The notes: generated by a model from the letters alone, not told the origin. A stretch of 64,000 bases of DNA from Pandoraea sp. (GCA_031291335.1 JARLJF010000092.1:436-64435), one strand, 5' to 3'. Counted from the first letter of the stretch, positions 40,019 to 52,658 are shown. Made by a program: numbers and translations.

Positions 40019-40429
40019 ATTTCTCCTCTCGAAATGAGATTACCGCAGGTTTACTGCGAGCCTAGACGACAGAACCAAAGTCTTACATCGCTCGAAGTAT
40101 AACATCGGCAATTGCGCGAAAGCATGACCCATGCACTTCGAATAATGTCTAACTTATGCCACGGCATTTTGCCATAGCGGTTCCGCCAGCCGTGAGCAAA
40201 ACCCCAAGTTTGCCGCCCGTCGTGACGCAGTTGTGGTTTGAGCGCAACACCTTTTGAGGCCCCTCGCCAACCGTTTCATTTCACAACGTTGTCTGACATT
40301 TTGGCATGCAAGACATCTCTTGTGCATTGCATCACGCTCGTTTCGGATGCCTATGACGGGCATGTTAGAATCCTGGGATCACATCGCCGGCAGCCGCCTA
40401 TCGCGATTAGGGTTTGATAGACACGAATA

Positions 40430-43051
40430 ATGGATCAGTTCGCCAAAGAAACTCTCCCGATTTCGCTCGAAGAAGAAATGCGGCGGTCGTACCTCGATTA
40501 CGCCATGAGCGTGATCGTCGGCCGCGCTTTGCCGGACGTGCGCGACGGCCTGAAGCCTGTTCACCGCCGCGCGCTGTTCGCCATGCACGAGTTGAACAAC
40601 GACTGGAACCGGGCGTACAAGAAATCGGCACGTATCGTCGGTGACGTCATCGGTAAATACCACCCGCACGGCGACGCCTCTGTATACGACACTATCGTTC
40701 GTATGGCCCAGCCGTTCTCGCTGCGTTACATGCTAGTCGACGGCCAAGGCAACTTCGGGTCGGTCGACGGCGACAACGCCGCTGCAATGCGATACACCGA
40801 AGTGCGCATGGCCAAGATCGGCCATGAGCTGCTTGCGGACCTCGACAAGGAAACCGTCGACTTCGGTCCGAACTACGACGGCAGCGAGAAAGAGCCGCTC
40901 ATCCTGCCGGCCCGTATCCCGAACCTGCTGCTCAACGGTTCGTCGGGTATTGCCGTCGGTATGGCGACGAATATTCCGCCGCACAACCTCAACGAAGTCG
41001 TCGACGCCTGTCTGCATGTGCTGAAGAACCCGGACGCCACCGTCGATGAACTCATTGAGATCATCCCGGCGCCGGACTTCCCGACAGCCGGCATCATCTA
41101 CGGCATCTCCGGCGTGCGCGAAGGCTATCGCACCGGTCGTGGTCGTGTGGTGATGCGAGCAAAGACTCACTTCGAAGATATCGATCGCGGTCAGCGCGTG
41201 GCAATCATCGTCGACGAGTTGCCGTACCAGGTTAATAAGCGCTCACTGCTCGAGCGGATTGCCGAACTGGTCAACGAGAAGCGGATTGAGGGTATTTCCG
41301 ATATTCGAGACGAGTCCGACAAGAGCGGCATGCGCGTCGTGATCGAGCTCAAGCGCGGTGAAGTGCCCGAGGTCGTTCTCAACAATCTCTATAAGCACAC
41401 GCAACTGCAAGACACGTTCGGCATGAACATGGTGGCGCTGGTCGACGGCCAGCCCAAGCTGCTGAACCTGCGTGAAATGCTGGTGCACTTCCTCGCGCAT
41501 CGTCGCGAAGTGATTACTCGCCGCACGGTCTATGAGCTGCGTCGCGCCCGGGAGCGCGGCCATGTGCTCGAGGGTCTGGCGGTAGCGCTCGCTAACATCG
41601 ACGACTTCATCGCGATCATCAAGGCGGCACCGACGCCGCCGACCGCGAAGGCCGCGTTGATGGAGCAGGTGTGGGATTCGTCGGTGGTGCGCGACATGCT
41701 CGCACGTGCAGAGAGCGAAACGCAGGGCGGCCGCGATGCCTTCCGTCCGGAAGGACTCGATGTCGGCGTGGGCATGCAGGCTGACGGTATGTATCGTCTG
41801 TCGGAGACGCAGGCGCAGGAAATTCTGCAGATGCGTCTGCAGCGCCTCACCGGTCTGGAGCAGGACAAGATCGTCTCCGAGTACAAGGAAGTGATGACCC
41901 AGATCGCTGACCTGCTCGACATCCTGGCGCGTCCTGAGCGTGTGACCGAGATCATCAGCGTCGAATTGACCGCGGTTCGCCTCGAGTTCGGCGATGCCCG
42001 TCGCTCGACCATTGAACTCAACGCCACCGAACTCGACACGGAAGACCTGATCACCCCGCAGGATATGGTGGTGACGCTGTCGCATTCCGGTTACATCAAG
42101 TCGATGCCGCTGTCCGAGTACCGCGCGCAGAAGCGTGGCGGGCGCGGCAAGCAGGCGGCGGCTACGAAGGATGACGACTGGATCGACACGCTGTTCATCG
42201 CGAATACGCACGATACGATCCTGTGCTTCTCGAACCGTGGCCGGGTGTACTGGATCAAGGTTTATGAAGTGCCGCAGGGTTCGCGGAACTCGCGCGGCCG
42301 TCCGATCGTCAATATGTTCCCGTTGCAGGACGGCGAGAAGATCAACGTGGTGCTGCCGGTCAAGGAGTACACGGAAGATCGATTCGTGTTCATGGCAACG
42401 AGCTTGGGCACGGTCAAGAAGACGCCGCTCGCGGCTTTCAGCCGTCCGCTCAAGAAGGGCATCATCGCTGTGAATCTCGATGACGGCGACGTGCTGATCG
42501 GCGCAGCCATCACCGATGGCGCCCATGACGTCATGTTGTTCTCGGACAGCGGCAAGGCCGTGCGTTTCGACGAAAACGATGTGCGTCCGATGGGTCGTGA
42601 GGCGCGCGGCGTTCGCGGTATGCAGCTCGAAGACGGTCAAACGGTCATCGCGCTGCTGGTCGCTGAGAACGAGCAGCAGTCGGTGCTGACGGCGACCGAA
42701 AACGGCTACGGCAAGCGCACTTCGATCACCGAATATACGCGCCATGGCCGTGGCACTAAGGGTATGATTGCGATCCAGACGAGCGAGCGCAACGGCCGGG
42801 TGGTCGCGGCGACGCTGGTTGAGCCGGATGACGAGATCATGCTGATCACGACTGGCGGGGTGCTGATCCGTACGCGCGTGTCGGAAATTCGCGAAATGGG
42901 CCGGGCCACGCAAGGGGTGACGCTGATCAGCCTGGACGAAGGCACCACGCTTTCAGGCCTGCAACGCATCGTTGAGTCCGACGCCGAAGTTGCCGAAAAT
43001 GGCGACGCTCAGGGCGACGATGAAGCGCCGGAAGCGGATGTCACGGAGTAA
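40430..43051 (+). CDS. gyrA: DNA gyrase subunit A
   Basis: [33 protein letters not shown], GyrA-box QKRGGRG. Confidence 0.98.
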   Translation: MDQFAKETLPISLEEEMRRSYLDYAMSVIVGRALPDVRDGLKPVHRRALFAMHELNNDWNRAYKKSARIVGDVIGKYHPHGDASVYDTIVRMAQPFSLRYMLVDGQGNFGSVDGDNAAAMRYTEVRMAKIGHELLADLDKETVDFGPNYDGSEKEPLILPARIPNLLLNGSSGIAVGMATNIPPHNLNEVVDACLHVLKNPDATVDELIEIIPAPDFPTAGIIYGISGVREGYRTGRGRVVMRAKTHFEDIDRGQRVAIIVDELPYQVNKRSLLERIAELVNEKRIEGISDIRDESDKSGMRVVIELKRGEVPEVVLNNLYKHTQLQDTFGMNMVALVDGQPKLLNLREMLVHFLAHRREVITRRTVYELRRARERGHVLEGLAVALANIDDFIAIIKAAPTPPTAKAALMEQVWDSSVVRDMLARAESETQGGRDAFRPEGLDVGVGMQADGMYRLSETQAQEILQMRLQRLTGLEQDKIVSEYKEVMTQIADLLDILARPERVTEIISVELTAVRLEFGDARRSTIELNATELDTEDLITPQDMVVTLSHSGYIKSMPLSEYRAQKRGGRGKQAAATKDDDWIDTLFIANTHDTILCFSNRGRVYWIKVYEVPQGSRNSRGRPIVNMFPLQDGEKINVVLPVKEYTEDRFVFMATSLGTVKKTPLAAFSRPLKKGIIAVNLDDGDVLIGAAITDGAHDVMLFSDSGKAVRFDENDVRPMGREARGVRGMQLEDGQTVIALLVAENEQQSVLTATENGYGKRTSITEYTRHGRGTKGMIAIQTSERNGRVVAATLVEPDDEIMLITTGGVLIRTRVSEIREMGRATQGVTLISLDEGTTLSGLQRIVESDAEVAENGDAQGDDEAPEADVTE

Positions 43052-43191
43052 TACTGGCGTAACTCGATGTAATCTACGGTGCATTGCCCCAAAAAGTCAG
43101 TAGAATCTGGCCCGATGCAGTGAAGTGCCCAGGCGAGGATGCATCTATTTATCGTCGTCGGAAGCCGACGAACTTTGGAGTGACTATTACT

Positions 43192-43779
43192 ATGCAACAC
43201 AACGTCAAGAAGTGGATGTGGCTGCTGCTCGCAGCACCGGCAATGGCAATGGCTCAGCAGAGCGCCCCGCTCGACGCTGACAAGAAGGCAGCCATCAAGG
43301 ATCTGCTCGACGCCATCGACTCGAACAAGCTCGTCACCGCCATTGGCGAAGGTGCGCAGCAGCAGGCCAAGCAACTGGCCCCGCAAGTGCTGGAGCGCCA
43401 ACTGGTCGAGAACAAGACGTTGAGCGACGCACAGAAGCAATCCATCGTGCCGACGCTGCAACAGAACTCCGTGCAGAAGCTGGTTGACGGTGCTGGCAAG
43501 GTCTTCACGACCGACGCGTTCAAGAACGACGCGGTGCAAGCGCAGTACAACGCTTACGGCAAGTACTACACCACCGACGAAATCAAGGGTCTGACGGCGT
43601 TCTACAAGAGCCCGGTTGGCCAGAAGTACATCAAGGTGCAAGATCAGGTTGGCCAGGAAGTTGTCGGCGGCCTGATGCAGAAGTACATGCCGCAATCGAT
43701 CGACGCGACCAGCAAGCAAGCTGATTCGGAAATCGCTTCGGCAGCCAAGTCGGCACCGAAGGCTCCGGCCAAGAAGTAA
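43192..43779 (+). CDS. DUF2059 domain exported protein
   Basis: Signal peptide; YGKYYTTDEIKGLTAFYKSPVGQK motif. Confidence 0.82.
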   Translation: MQHNVKKWMWLLLAAPAMAMAQQSAPLDADKKAAIKDLLDAIDSNKLVTAIGEGAQQQAKQLAPQVLERQLVENKTLSDAQKQSIVPTLQQNSVQKLVDGAGKVFTTDAFKNDAVQAQYNAYGKYYTTDEIKGLTAFYKSPVGQKYIKVQDQVGQEVVGGLMQKYMPQSIDATSKQADSEIASAAKSAPKAPAKK

Positions 43780-43810
43780 ATTTCGGTCGGTCCCGCTGGG
43801 ATTGACTGAT

Positions 43811-43846
43811 AATGGCCGTTTGCGAGTGATCGCAAACGGCCATTTT
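43811..43846 (+). terminator. Intrinsic terminator
   Basis: AATGGCCGTTTGCGA-GTGA-TCGCAAACGGCCATTTT. Confidence 0.8.
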
Positions 43847-44064
43847 GCATTGGCCAGGTAGATCGGCAGGTTCTGCTCGGAATTGTCCGGAATGCAGTCT
43901 TCCTGCGTCGGATTTGCCGCCCACGCCCGCACTCGATGGTCAACTGGCGGTATAGTTGGTGCTTGCCGTCGCCGCGCCATCGAACGATCGTCAGATGTGA
44001 AACGCAAGCCGCACGGGGCAGTCTCCGCCGGCTTGCGTTTCACTTTTACTGCTGCAAAACGATT

Positions 44065-45177
44065 ATGACGCGCGCTTTCAATTTTTCCGCCGGTCCGGCG
44101 GCGCTGCCTGCGGAAGTTCTCTCGCAGGCAGCCGAGGAAATGCTCGACTGGCACGGGGCCGGCATGGGCGTGATGGAGATGAGCCATCGCGGCCGCGAGT
44201 TCATGAGCATTCTGGCGCAGGCGCAGGCCGACTTGCGCGAGTTGCTGGCCGTGCCTGACAACTACCGAATCCTGTTCATGCAGGGTGGTGCGCTTGCTGA
44301 AAACGCCATCATCCCGATGAACTTGTTGGGCGGCGAACGTGCAGGCGAGCGCCGTACGGCGGACTACGTCGTCACCGGCTCGTGGTCGGTGAAGTCGCAG
44401 AAGGAAGCGCGCAAGTATTGCGACGTCAACATCGCCGCGAGCACGGAGGCTGACAAGTTCACCCGGTTGCCGAAGATTGACGAGTGGCAACTGTCGAAGG
44501 ATCCGGCTTACGTGCATATCTGCACGAACGAAACCATTCACGGTGTCGAGTATTTCTCGACGCCCGATCTGGCCGCTGCCGGTGTGCCGAACGCGCCGCT
44601 CGTGGCCGATGTGTCGTCGCACATTTTGTCGCGCCCGATGGACGTGTCGAAGTTCGGTGTGATGTATGGCGGGGCGCAGAAGAATATCGGCCCGTCGGGC
44701 CTCACGCTCGTCATCGTGCGCGACGATCTGCTTGGCCGCTCGCTGCCGTTCACGCCCAGCGCGTTCGATTGGAAGATCGTTGCCGAAAACGATTCGATGT
44801 ACAACACGCCGCCGACTTACGCGATCTATATCGCGGGTCTCGTATTCCAGTGGCTCAAACGCCAGGGCGGTCTGGTTGCCATGGAAGCGCAGAACAAGGC
44901 GAAAGCCGAACTGCTGTATGGCTGTTTGGATGGCAGTGACTTTTACCGCACGTCGGTGGCTAAGGATTGCCGCTCGCGTATGAACGTGCCGTTTTTCCTG
45001 CGCGACGACGCATTGAACGAAACTTTCCTGGCTGGCGCTCGCGAGCGCGGTCTGCTGCAGCTCAAGGGCCACAAGTCCGTGGGAGGCATGCGTGCCTCGA
45101 TCTACAACGCGATGCCACTTGCGGGTGTCGAGGCGTTGGTCGACTATCTGCGCGAGTTCGAACGCAGCCAAGGCTGA
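44065..45177 (+). CDS. serC: Phosphoserine aminotransferase
   Basis: NFSAGPA, EMSHR, NETIHG, GAQKN and MYNTPP motifs. Confidence 0.96.
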   Translation: MTRAFNFSAGPAALPAEVLSQAAEEMLDWHGAGMGVMEMSHRGREFMSILAQAQADLRELLAVPDNYRILFMQGGALAENAIIPMNLLGGERAGERRTADYVVTGSWSVKSQKEARKYCDVNIAASTEADKFTRLPKIDEWQLSKDPAYVHICTNETIHGVEYFSTPDLAAAGVPNAPLVADVSSHILSRPMDVSKFGVMYGGAQKNIGPSGLTLVIVRDDLLGRSLPFTPSAFDWKIVAENDSMYNTPPTYAIYIAGLVFQWLKRQGGLVAMEAQNKAKAELLYGCLDGSDFYRTSVAKDCRSRMNVPFFLRDDALNETFLAGARERGLLQLKGHKSVGGMRASIYNAMPLAGVEALVDYLREFERSQG

Positions 45178-45279
45178 CGAGGGCGAACGGCCGACGCGAC
45201 AGGAGTCCTCTGACGTCCTTCGGGACATCGCGCCGCGAGCTGCCTGACCATGTCCCATCGTAAGAAGACAATACGCTCC

Positions 45280-46362
45280 ATGGAAGAAGATCTGAACGCA
45301 TCGCTGCGCCCTTTGCGCGAGAAGATTGATGCTATCGACGCGCAGCTTTTGAAGCTGCTCAATCAACGTGCGGCCGTCGCTTTGGAAGTTGGCGAGGTCA
45401 AGAAGCGCTTCGGTGCGCCGGTGTTCCGGCCCGAGCGCGAGTTGCAGGTGATTTCTCGTCTGCAACAGGCCAACGACGGTCCGTTGTATGGCGACAATCT
45501 GGCGTCGATCTGGCGCGAAATCATGTCTGCCAGCCGCGCGCTGGAGAAGGTGATGACGGTCGCCTATCTTGGCCCGGCCGGTACCTACAGCGAGCAGGCG
45601 GCTTTTACCTACTTCGGTCAAAGTGTGAAGGGTTTGCCGTGCCCGTCGCTCGACGAGGTGTTCCGTGCCGTTGAGGCGGGAAGCGCCGACTTTGGCGTAG
45701 TGCCGGTCGAGAACTCGACCGAGGGTGTTGTGTCTCGAACGCTGGATCTGCTGCTGCAGAGTCCGCTGACGATTGGCGGCGAAGTGGCCCTGCCAATTCA
45801 CCACAATCTGATGTCGCAGTCGGGCACGCTCGACGGTGTCACACGTATTTGCTCGCATGCGCAGTCGCTCGCTCAGTGTCAGCATTGGCTCACGGCGCAC
45901 TTCCCGCAACTGGATCGCCAGGCGGTGTCGAGCAACGCCGAGGCCGCGCGCATGGCATCGGCCGATCCGACCGTCGCGGCGATCGCCGGCGAGTCGGCAG
46001 CCACGCAATACGGGCTGCAAATCGCGTTCTCGCATGTGCAGGACGATCCCCACAATCGTACGCGTTTCGTTGTGGTCGGCACGCAGGACCCGGCGCCGAG
46101 TGGCCATGATCAAACGTCGCTGATTCTCTCGGTACCGAATCGTGCCGGTGCTGTCGTGGCATTGCTCGAACCGTTGGCAAACAACGGGGTGTCGATGACG
46201 CGTTTTGAATCGCGTCCGGCCAAGAGCGGTGCGTGGGAGTATTACTTCTATGTCGACTTCGAGGGCCATCGCGAGGACCCGAATGTCGCCAAGGCACTCG
46301 ACGTCCTGCGCCAGAACGCCGCCTATTGCAAGGTGCTCGGGTCTTACCCGCGCTCCGCGTAA
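45280..46362 (+). CDS. pheA: Chorismate mutase/prephenate dehydratase (P-protein)
   Basis: LREKIDAID CM domain; YLGPAGTYS, PVENSTEG, NRTRF and ESRP motifs. Confidence 0.95.
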   Translation: MEEDLNASLRPLREKIDAIDAQLLKLLNQRAAVALEVGEVKKRFGAPVFRPERELQVISRLQQANDGPLYGDNLASIWREIMSASRALEKVMTVAYLGPAGTYSEQAAFTYFGQSVKGLPCPSLDEVFRAVEAGSADFGVVPVENSTEGVVSRTLDLLLQSPLTIGGEVALPIHHNLMSQSGTLDGVTRICSHAQSLAQCQHWLTAHFPQLDRQAVSSNAEAARMASADPTVAAIAGESAATQYGLQIAFSHVQDDPHNRTRFVVVGTQDPAPSGHDQTSLILSVPNRAGAVVALLEPLANNGVSMTRFESRPAKSGAWEYYFYVDFEGHREDPNVAKALDVLRQNAAYCKVLGSYPRSA

Positions 46363-46381
46363 CGCGCCGCAGGTCATCATC

Positions 46382-47254
46382 ATGAGTCTGAACAAACTCG
46401 TAATTTGTGGCGTCGGGCTGATTGGCGGCTCGCTCGCACGTGCGCTGAAGGCGGCGGGGACGGTGAAGGAAGTCGTCGGCGTCGGGCGCAGCGAGACGTC
46501 GCTTGCGCGAGCGTGCGAACTGGGCGTGATCGATCGCGCTGCCGCGTCGATGGCTGACGCCGTGACCGGTGCCGATGTGGTCGTGCTCGCGGCGCCGGTG
46601 GCACAAACCCCCGCCTTGTTCGCCGCGATCCGCCCGCATCTTGGCGGCAATACGATCGTGACCGACGCGGGCAGTACCAAGACGGACGCCGTGGTAGCCG
46701 CCAAGGCGGCGCTGGGGGAGGAAGTCTGGCGCTTCGTGCCCGGTCATCCCATCGCCGGCGCGGAGTTGTCCGGCGTCGACGCGGCGAAGGTCGATTTGTA
46801 TCGCGACCGGCGTGTGGTGCTTTGTCCGCAACCGGGCAATCGTCGTGAGGATGTCGCGCGGGTGCGCGCGATGTGGGAAGCGACGGGGGCGCGCGTCTCT
46901 GAAATGTCCGAGACACAGCATGATCGCGTTTTCGCATCGGTGAGCCATTTGCCGCACGTGCTGTCGTACGCTCTCATTGCGCAGATTCTCGAAGCTCCCG
47001 ATGCCGCGTTGAAATTCGGCTTCGCGGGCGGAGGTTTTCGCGATTTCACGCGTATTGCTGCATCGAATCCGGAAATGTGGCGCGATATCTGTGTGGCGAA
47101 TCGCGAGGCGTTGCTTGCCGAACTCGACGGATATCTCGCCACGCTCGGCACGCTGCGTGAATTGATCGATGCCGGTGATGGTGCCGGTCTCGAGGCCGTG
47201 TTCTCTCGCACCAGTCAGGCGCGAACGGACTGGGCCAAGCAACAGGAAAAGTAA
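46382..47254 (+). CDS. tyrA: Prephenate/arogenate dehydrogenase
   Basis: [25 protein letters not shown] and GFRDFTRIA motifs. Confidence 0.93.
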   Translation: MSLNKLVICGVGLIGGSLARALKAAGTVKEVVGVGRSETSLARACELGVIDRAAASMADAVTGADVVVLAAPVAQTPALFAAIRPHLGGNTIVTDAGSTKTDAVVAAKAALGEEVWRFVPGHPIAGAELSGVDAAKVDLYRDRRVVLCPQPGNRREDVARVRAMWEATGARVSEMSETQHDRVFASVSHLPHVLSYALIAQILEAPDAALKFGFAGGGFRDFTRIAASNPEMWRDICVANREALLAELDGYLATLGTLRELIDAGDGAGLEAVFSRTSQARTDWAKQQEK

Positions 47255-48576
47255 TGGAAACGCTCGATCTCGGCCCCTACGGCCACGCCGAAGGCACGCT
47301 GCGCCTGCCCGGCTCGAAAAGTATCTCGAACCGCGTGCTGCTGCTCGCCGCCCTGTCGCACGGCACGACGCGTGTGCGCGAATTGCTGGCGTCAGATGAC
47401 ACGCAGGTGATGCTCGACGCATTGGCGACGCTTGGCGTCAAATGCACTCAGATCGGCGACTCCCGCGATTACCTTGTGGAGGGTTGCGGTGGCGTCTTTC
47501 CCGTGAAGACCGCCAAGCTGTTCATGGGCAATGCCGGTACGGCCATTCGCCCGTTGACGGCGGCGTTGTCGTTAAGCCATGGCGACTATGAAGTCTCCGG
47601 CGTGGCGCGCATGCATGAGCGCCCGATCGGCGATCTGGTCGACGGCTTGCGTCAACTCGGCGCGCAGATCGATTATCTCGGCAATGCCGGCTATCCTCCG
47701 CTACATATCAAACCGGCCGACGTGGCGGCGCCTGTCACTCCGATTCGCGTGCGTGGTGATGTGTCGAGTCAATTCCTGACAGCGCTGCTGCTGACGCTGC
47801 CGTTGCTGCCTTCGGCGACGGGGGAGATTGTCGTCGAAGTCGAGGGGGAGCTGATTTCCAAGCCGTATATCGACATCACGCTGCGACTGCTCCGCCGTTT
47901 TGGCATTGACGTGCAACAGGATGGCTGGTCGCGCTTCACCTTGCCGGCGGCGGATGCAGGCGGTGCGAAGTACAGGAGTCCGGGCGAAATTCGGGTCGAG
48001 GGCGATGCATCGTCGGCATCTTATTTCCTGGCAGCAGGTGCCATTGGCGGCGGTCCGTTGCGCGTGGAAGGCGTTGGCCGCGACAGCATTCAGGGCGACG
48101 TCCGTTTTGTCGAAGCGCTCGAGGCGATGGGCGCACGTGTCACGCTGCACGACGATGCGATCGAGGTGCATGGCATCGACACGCCGAGCGGCAAGCTGCG
48201 TGCGATCGACATGGACTTCAATCACATTCCCGATGCCGCGATGACGATTGCCGTCGCCGCACTCTTCGCCGATGGCACGACTACGCTGCGCAATGTCGCG
48301 AGCTGGCGCGTGAAGGAGACGGATCGCCTGGCTGCCATGGCCATCGAATTGCGCAAGGTCGGTGCAACGGTGGAAGAGGGCGCTGACTATCTGCGCGTCA
48401 CGCCGCCGGCGTCGCTGACGCCGAACGCGGCAATCGACACTTACGACGATCATCGTATGGCGATGTGTTTCTCGCTCGTGAGCCTTGGTGGCGTTCCCGT
48501 GACGATCAACGATCCGAAGTGCGTCGGCAAGACGTTCCCGACGTATTTCGCCGAGTTCGCGCGGGTTGCCTCATAG
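47254..48576 (+). CDS. aroA: EPSP synthase (class I)
   Basis: [27 protein letters not shown] and DDHRMAM motifs. Confidence 0.96.
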   Translation: METLDLGPYGHAEGTLRLPGSKSISNRVLLLAALSHGTTRVRELLASDDTQVMLDALATLGVKCTQIGDSRDYLVEGCGGVFPVKTAKLFMGNAGTAIRPLTAALSLSHGDYEVSGVARMHERPIGDLVDGLRQLGAQIDYLGNAGYPPLHIKPADVAAPVTPIRVRGDVSSQFLTALLLTLPLLPSATGEIVVEVEGELISKPYIDITLRLLRRFGIDVQQDGWSRFTLPAADAGGAKYRSPGEIRVEGDASSASYFLAAGAIGGGPLRVEGVGRDSIQGDVRFVEALEAMGARVTLHDDAIEVHGIDTPSGKLRAIDMDFNHIPDAAMTIAVAALFADGTTTLRNVASWRVKETDRLAAMAIELRKVGATVEEGADYLRVTPPASLTPNAAIDTYDDHRMAMCFSLVSLGGVPVTINDPKCVGKTFPTYFAEFARVAS

Positions 48577-48709
48577 TTCAGAGAGCGTTCAGGACTGACG
48601 TGCCGCTCTGGCTGCACGTCAGTCCTGTCGATTCGGCATCTCATCGTTCGCTGATTCATGTGATTCATGACGTGCCTGAACTGGCATTGCTTGCGCCGGA
48701 CGCAGGCAC

Positions 48710-50044
48710 TTACCCCTGGCCGGTCAACGTCTGCCAAAGCAGGATGCCGTTCAGTGCGACGATGGCGCCCGCGATGAGCCAGGCGACAGCCAGCAGCGCG
48801 CCGCGCACTCGCCATTCCCCCATGAGTTTTGCATCGCCAGCGAACCGCACGAGGGGAATCACTGCAAACGGCAATTGCAGGCTCAGCACGACTTGACTCA
48901 AGATCAGGAGGTTCGTCGTCTGGGCTTCGCCGCCATGACCGACGATCAGCAATGCCGGAATGAGTGCCAGCGAGCGCGTGATGAGCGCGCGGTGCCATGG
49001 CTTCATCCGTAAATTGAGAAAGCCCTCCATCGTGACTTGCCCCGCGAGCGTGGCAGTCACTGTCGAGTTCAGGCCGCAGGCGAGAAGCGCGACGGCGAAC
49101 ATGACGCCTGCCCATTGATTGCCGAGTAGCGGCGCAAGCAACTTGTGCGCGTCGCCAAGCGATTCCACAGAAGTGTTTCCGCTCGCATGGAACACGGAGG
49201 CGGCCAGAATCAGGAGCGCCGCGTTGATCAGGAAGGCGAAGCCGAGAGACAGCGTGGTATCCCAATGCGTTGTGCGCAGGGCGCGTCGCAGCGTGTCCGG
49301 GGTGCGTTCGGGCATCGCCTCGCCGCGCATGCGCAGCAGGGCGGAGTGCAGATACAGGTTATGAGGCATGACCGTAGCGCCAAGAATGCCGGTCGCCAAC
49401 CAGAGCATGCCCGCCTGAGCGACGATTTCGCTACGCGGACGCAGGCCTGCGGCGGCGGCTCCCCAGTCGGGATTGGCTAGCGCCAGTTGCGCAGCGAAGC
49501 ACCCTGCCGTGAGCAGGATGAGGGCGGCGACGGCGCCTTCGAGCCGGTGTTGTCCGAAACCTTGCAGTCCGAGCATGGCGAACGCGAGGACACCCGCGAG
49601 CAGCACGCCCACTGGCAGAGAGAAGCCAAACAACAATTGCAGCGCGACCGCACTGCCGATGATTTCGGCGAGATCGCAGGCGATGATGGCAATCTCGCAA
49701 AGGACCCATAACGCCAGCGAAGTGCGACGGCTATACTGGCTACGTGAGAGTTGCGCGAGGTCGCGTCCGGTCACCAGGCCGACGCGTGCGGCCAACCATT
49801 GCAGCAATAACGCCATCACGCTCGAGAGCAGGACAACGCACAGCAGCGTGTAACCGTAACGGGCGCCCCCGGCAATCGCCGTGGCCCAATTGCCCGGATC
49901 CATATACCCGACGGCGATGAGTGTGCCCGCGCCGGCGAACCCCATCCACCGCTGCGAACGACGCGGCGTATTGTCTTTCGGGTCGGACGGCGGCACCCAT
50001 TCGGAACCGGCTAAGGGATAATCGCGGCTTTGCATGGCAGTCAC
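48710..50044 (-). CDS. mntH: Nramp family divalent metal (Mn/Fe) transporter
   Basis: [20 protein letters not shown] and [11 protein letters not shown] motifs. Start is GTG 50044 or ATG 50035. Confidence 0.93.
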   Translation of the reverse strand: MTAMQSRDYPLAGSEWVPPSDPKDNTPRRSQRWMGFAGAGTLIAVGYMDPGNWATAIAGGARYGYTLLCVVLLSSVMALLLQWLAARVGLVTGRDLAQLSRSQYSRRTSLALWVLCEIAIIACDLAEIIGSAVALQLLFGFSLPVGVLLAGVLAFAMLGLQGFGQHRLEGAVAALILLTAGCFAAQLALANPDWGAAAAGLRPRSEIVAQAGMLWLATGILGATVMPHNLYLHSALLRMRGEAMPERTPDTLRRALRTTHWDTTLSLGFAFLINAALLILAASVFHASGNTSVESLGDAHKLLAPLLGNQWAGVMFAVALLACGLNSTVTATLAGQVTMEGFLNLRMKPWHRALITRSLALIPALLIVGHGGEAQTTNLLILSQVVLSLQLPFAVIPLVRFAGDAKLMGEWRVRGALLAVAWLIAGAIVALNGILLWQTLTGQG

Positions 50045-50073
50045 ATCTTCGGATGGCGCCGGCGGCGCTACAT

Positions 50074-50092
50074 CTAAATGATAATCATTATT
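50074..50092. promoter_or_regulatory. Fur box
   Basis: CTAAATGATAATCATTATT matches 15 of 19 positions of GATAATGATAATCATTATC; about 30 bp upstream of mntH. Confidence 0.85.
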
Positions 50093-50145
50093 ATTTAGAT
50101 GTAAAGTTTTATTTTTTAATGTGTTGGATAGACAGAGACGAAGGG

Positions 50146-50841
50146 ATGCCTGATTTGACGGTAGTGGACGACTCGATTCCGGTGATTACAGTGGATGGCC
50201 CGACGGCGTCCGGCAAGGGCACGGTGGCGCACCGTGTGGCCGATGCACTGGGTTTTCACTATCTCGACAGTGGTGCGCTCTATCGACTGAAGGCGCTGGC
50301 GAGCGCCCGTCACGGGATCGATCCCGACGATGTCAACGCGCTGGCTGTGCTCGCCGAAACCCTGGACGTGCGTTTCAGGGATCAGCGTATCTGGCTGGCC
50401 GGGGAAGATGTCACCGACGCGATTCGTGCCGAGGCTATTGGCAATCGTGCATCCAGCATTGCGGTGCACAAAGCGGTGCGGCAAGCGCTGAGAGCGCTTC
50501 AGCGGGCGTTCAAGACCGCGCCGGGCCTCGTCGCGGATGGCCGCGACATGGGAACGGTGATCTTCCCGGAAGCCGAATTGAAGGTGTTTTTGACTGCCTC
50601 ACCACAGGCTCGTGCCGAGAGACGGTATAAGCAATTGATAGAAAAAGGTTTTTCTGCTAATATAGACAGTCTCATGCTGGACCTAGAGGCGCGTGATGCG
50701 CGGGATCGTACCCGTGCCGAGGCGCCGCTAAGGCCGGCAGAGGGTGCGCGGGTACTCGATACTTCGGGGCTCAACGTCGATCAGGCGGTGGCTCAGGTGC
50801 TCGAATGGTTCGCGCAGGTGCAGTACCCGCAAGGCGCCTGA
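50146..50841 (+). CDS. cmk: Cytidylate kinase
   Basis: [18 protein letters not shown] and DGRDMGTV motifs. Confidence 0.95.
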   Translation: MPDLTVVDDSIPVITVDGPTASGKGTVAHRVADALGFHYLDSGALYRLKALASARHGIDPDDVNALAVLAETLDVRFRDQRIWLAGEDVTDAIRAEAIGNRASSIAVHKAVRQALRALQRAFKTAPGLVADGRDMGTVIFPEAELKVFLTASPQARAERRYKQLIEKGFSANIDSLMLDLEARDARDRTRAEAPLRPAEGARVLDTSGLNVDQAVAQVLEWFAQVQYPQGA

Positions 50842-50954
50842 CCGGATGTTTCATGCAGTCATCCGGCGTGGTTTTGTCTAACCTTTAACCCAACCGTTGT
50901 TCGTCATCGTCAGCCCCCCTCGGGAGACGGACGTCAGCGGCGTAATCCACATTT

Positions 50955-52658
50955 ATGTCCGACCTGCAAACCTCGACCAATGAATCTTTCGCGGCGCTTT
51001 TCGAAGAGTCGCTCACTCGCCAAGACATGCGTGCTGGTGAAGTCATCAGCGCAGAAGTCGTGCGGGTTGACCACAACTTCGTGGTCGTCAACGCCGGGCT
51101 CAAGTCCGAAGCGTACATCCCCATCGAAGAATTCCTGAATGATCAGGGCGAGGTCGAAGTTCAGGCCGGCGACTTTGTTTCCGTGGCGATCGACGCCCTG
51201 GAAAACGGCTACGGCGACACCGTGCTGTCGCGCGACAAGGCCAAGCGTCTGGCTTCGTGGCTGGCACTTGAGAAGGCCCTCGAGTCGGGCGAACTCGTGA
51301 CCGGCACGATCACCGGCAAGGTCAAGGGCGGCCTGACCGTGATGGTCAATGGCATCCGCGCATTCCTGCCGGGTTCGCTGGTTGACACGCGTCCGGTCAA
51401 GGACACGACCCCGTACGAAGGCAAGACCCTCGAATTCAAGGTTATCAAGCTCGACCGCAAGCGCAACAACGTTGTGCTGTCGCGCCGTGCCGTGATCGAA
51501 GCCACCCAGGGTGAAGAGCGCGCCAAGCTGCTCGAAACGCTCAAGGAAGGCGCGATCGTCAAGGGCGTGGTCAAGAACATCACCGATTACGGCGCATTCG
51601 TTGACCTGGGCGGTATCGACGGCCTGCTGCACATCACCGACATCGCATGGCGTCGTGTGCGTCACCCGAGCGAAGTTCTGTCGGTTGGCCAGGAAGTCAC
51701 CGCCAAGATCCTCAAGTTCGATCAAGAGAAGGGCCGTGTCTCTCTGGGCGTCAAGCAACTCGGCGAAGATCCGTGGGAAGGCATTGCTCGCCGTTACCCG
51801 CAAGGCACCCGCCTGTTCGGCAAGGTCACCAACATCACCGACTACGGCGCATTCGTCGAAGTGGAATCGGGCATCGAAGGCCTGGTTCACGTGTCTGAAA
51901 TGGATTGGACCAACAAGAACGTTGCTCCGACCAAGGTTGTCCAGCTGGGCGACGAAGTCGAAGTCATGGTGCTCGAGATCGACGAAGACCGTCGTCGTAT
52001 CAGCCTCGGCATGAAGCAGTGCAAGCCGAATCCGTGGGATGACTTCTCGCGCAACTTCAAGAAGGGCGACAAGATCAAGGGCGCAATCAAGTCGATCACC
52101 GACTTCGGCGTGTTCATTGGTCTGCCGGGTGGCATCGACGGCCTGGTCCACCTGTCGGACCTGTCGTGGAGCGAAACTGGCGAAGACGCCGTGCGCAAGT
52201 ACAAGAAGGGCGACGAAGTCGAAGCCGTGGTTCTGGGCATCGATGTCGAGAAGGAACGCATCTCGCTGGGTATCAAGCAGCTCGAAGGCGATCCGTTCAA
52301 CACCTTCGTGGCAATCCATGACAAGGGTTCGGTCGTTGACGGCGTTATCAAGGCAGTCGATCCGAAGGGTGCTGTCGTGTCGCTGGGTGAAGACGTCGAA
52401 GGCTACCTGCGCGCTTCGGAAATCTCGCACGACCGTGTGGAAGATGCCCGTAACGTGCTCAAGGAAGGTGAGAACGTCAACGCAATGATCGTGAACATCG
52501 ATCGCAAGTCGCGCAACATCAACCTGTCGATCAAGGCCAAGGATTCGGCTGAGCAGCAGGAAGCGATTAGCAAGATGTCGACGGACAGCTCGGCAGCGAG
52601 CGGCACCACGAATCTGGGTGCACTGCTCAAAGCCAAGCTGGACAGCCAGAATCAGTAA
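50955..52658 (+). CDS. rpsA: 30S ribosomal protein S1
   Basis: [10 protein letters not shown]; repeated S1 domains (DYGAFV, DGLLH). Confidence 0.98.
   Translation: MSDLQTSTNESFAALFEESLTRQDMRAGEVISAEVVRVDHNFVVVNAGLKSEAYIPIEEFLNDQGEVEVQAGDFVSVAIDALENGYGDTVLSRDKAKRLASWLALEKALESGELVTGTITGKVKGGLTVMVNGIRAFLPGSLVDTRPVKDTTPYEGKTLEFKVIKLDRKRNNVVLSRRAVIEATQGEERAKLLETLKEGAIVKGVVKNITDYGAFVDLGGIDGLLHITDIAWRRVRHPSEVLSVGQEVTAKILKFDQEKGRVSLGVKQLGEDPWEGIARRYPQGTRLFGKVTNITDYGAFVEVESGIEGLVHVSEMDWTNKNVAPTKVVQLGDEVEVMVLEIDEDRRRISLGMKQCKPNPWDDFSRNFKKGDKIKGAIKSITDFGVFIGLPGGIDGLVHLSDLSWSETGEDAVRKYKKGDEVEAVVLGIDVEKERISLGIKQLEGDPFNTFVAIHDKGSVVDGVIKAVDPKGAVVSLGEDVEGYLRASEISHDRVEDARNVLKEGENVNAMIVNIDRKSRNINLSIKAKDSAEQQEAISKMSTDSSAASGTTNLGALLKAKLDSQNQ

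Noticed and set aside
43009-46704. 1231-aa antisense ORF spanning DUF2059, serC, pheA and part of tyrA
   Set aside because: It is codon-aligned to three sense genes that happen to share a frame (43192, 44065, 45280). High-GC codon bias removes antisense stops, and it has no protein motifs.
48652-48670. TGATTCATG direct duplication between aroA and mntH as an insertion scar
   Set aside because: Both copies lie on one side of mntH, so it is not a target-site duplication.
50045-50145. yybP-ykoY manganese riboswitch upstream of mntH
   Set aside because: The gap is short, AT-rich and occupied by the Fur dyad; no matching structure.
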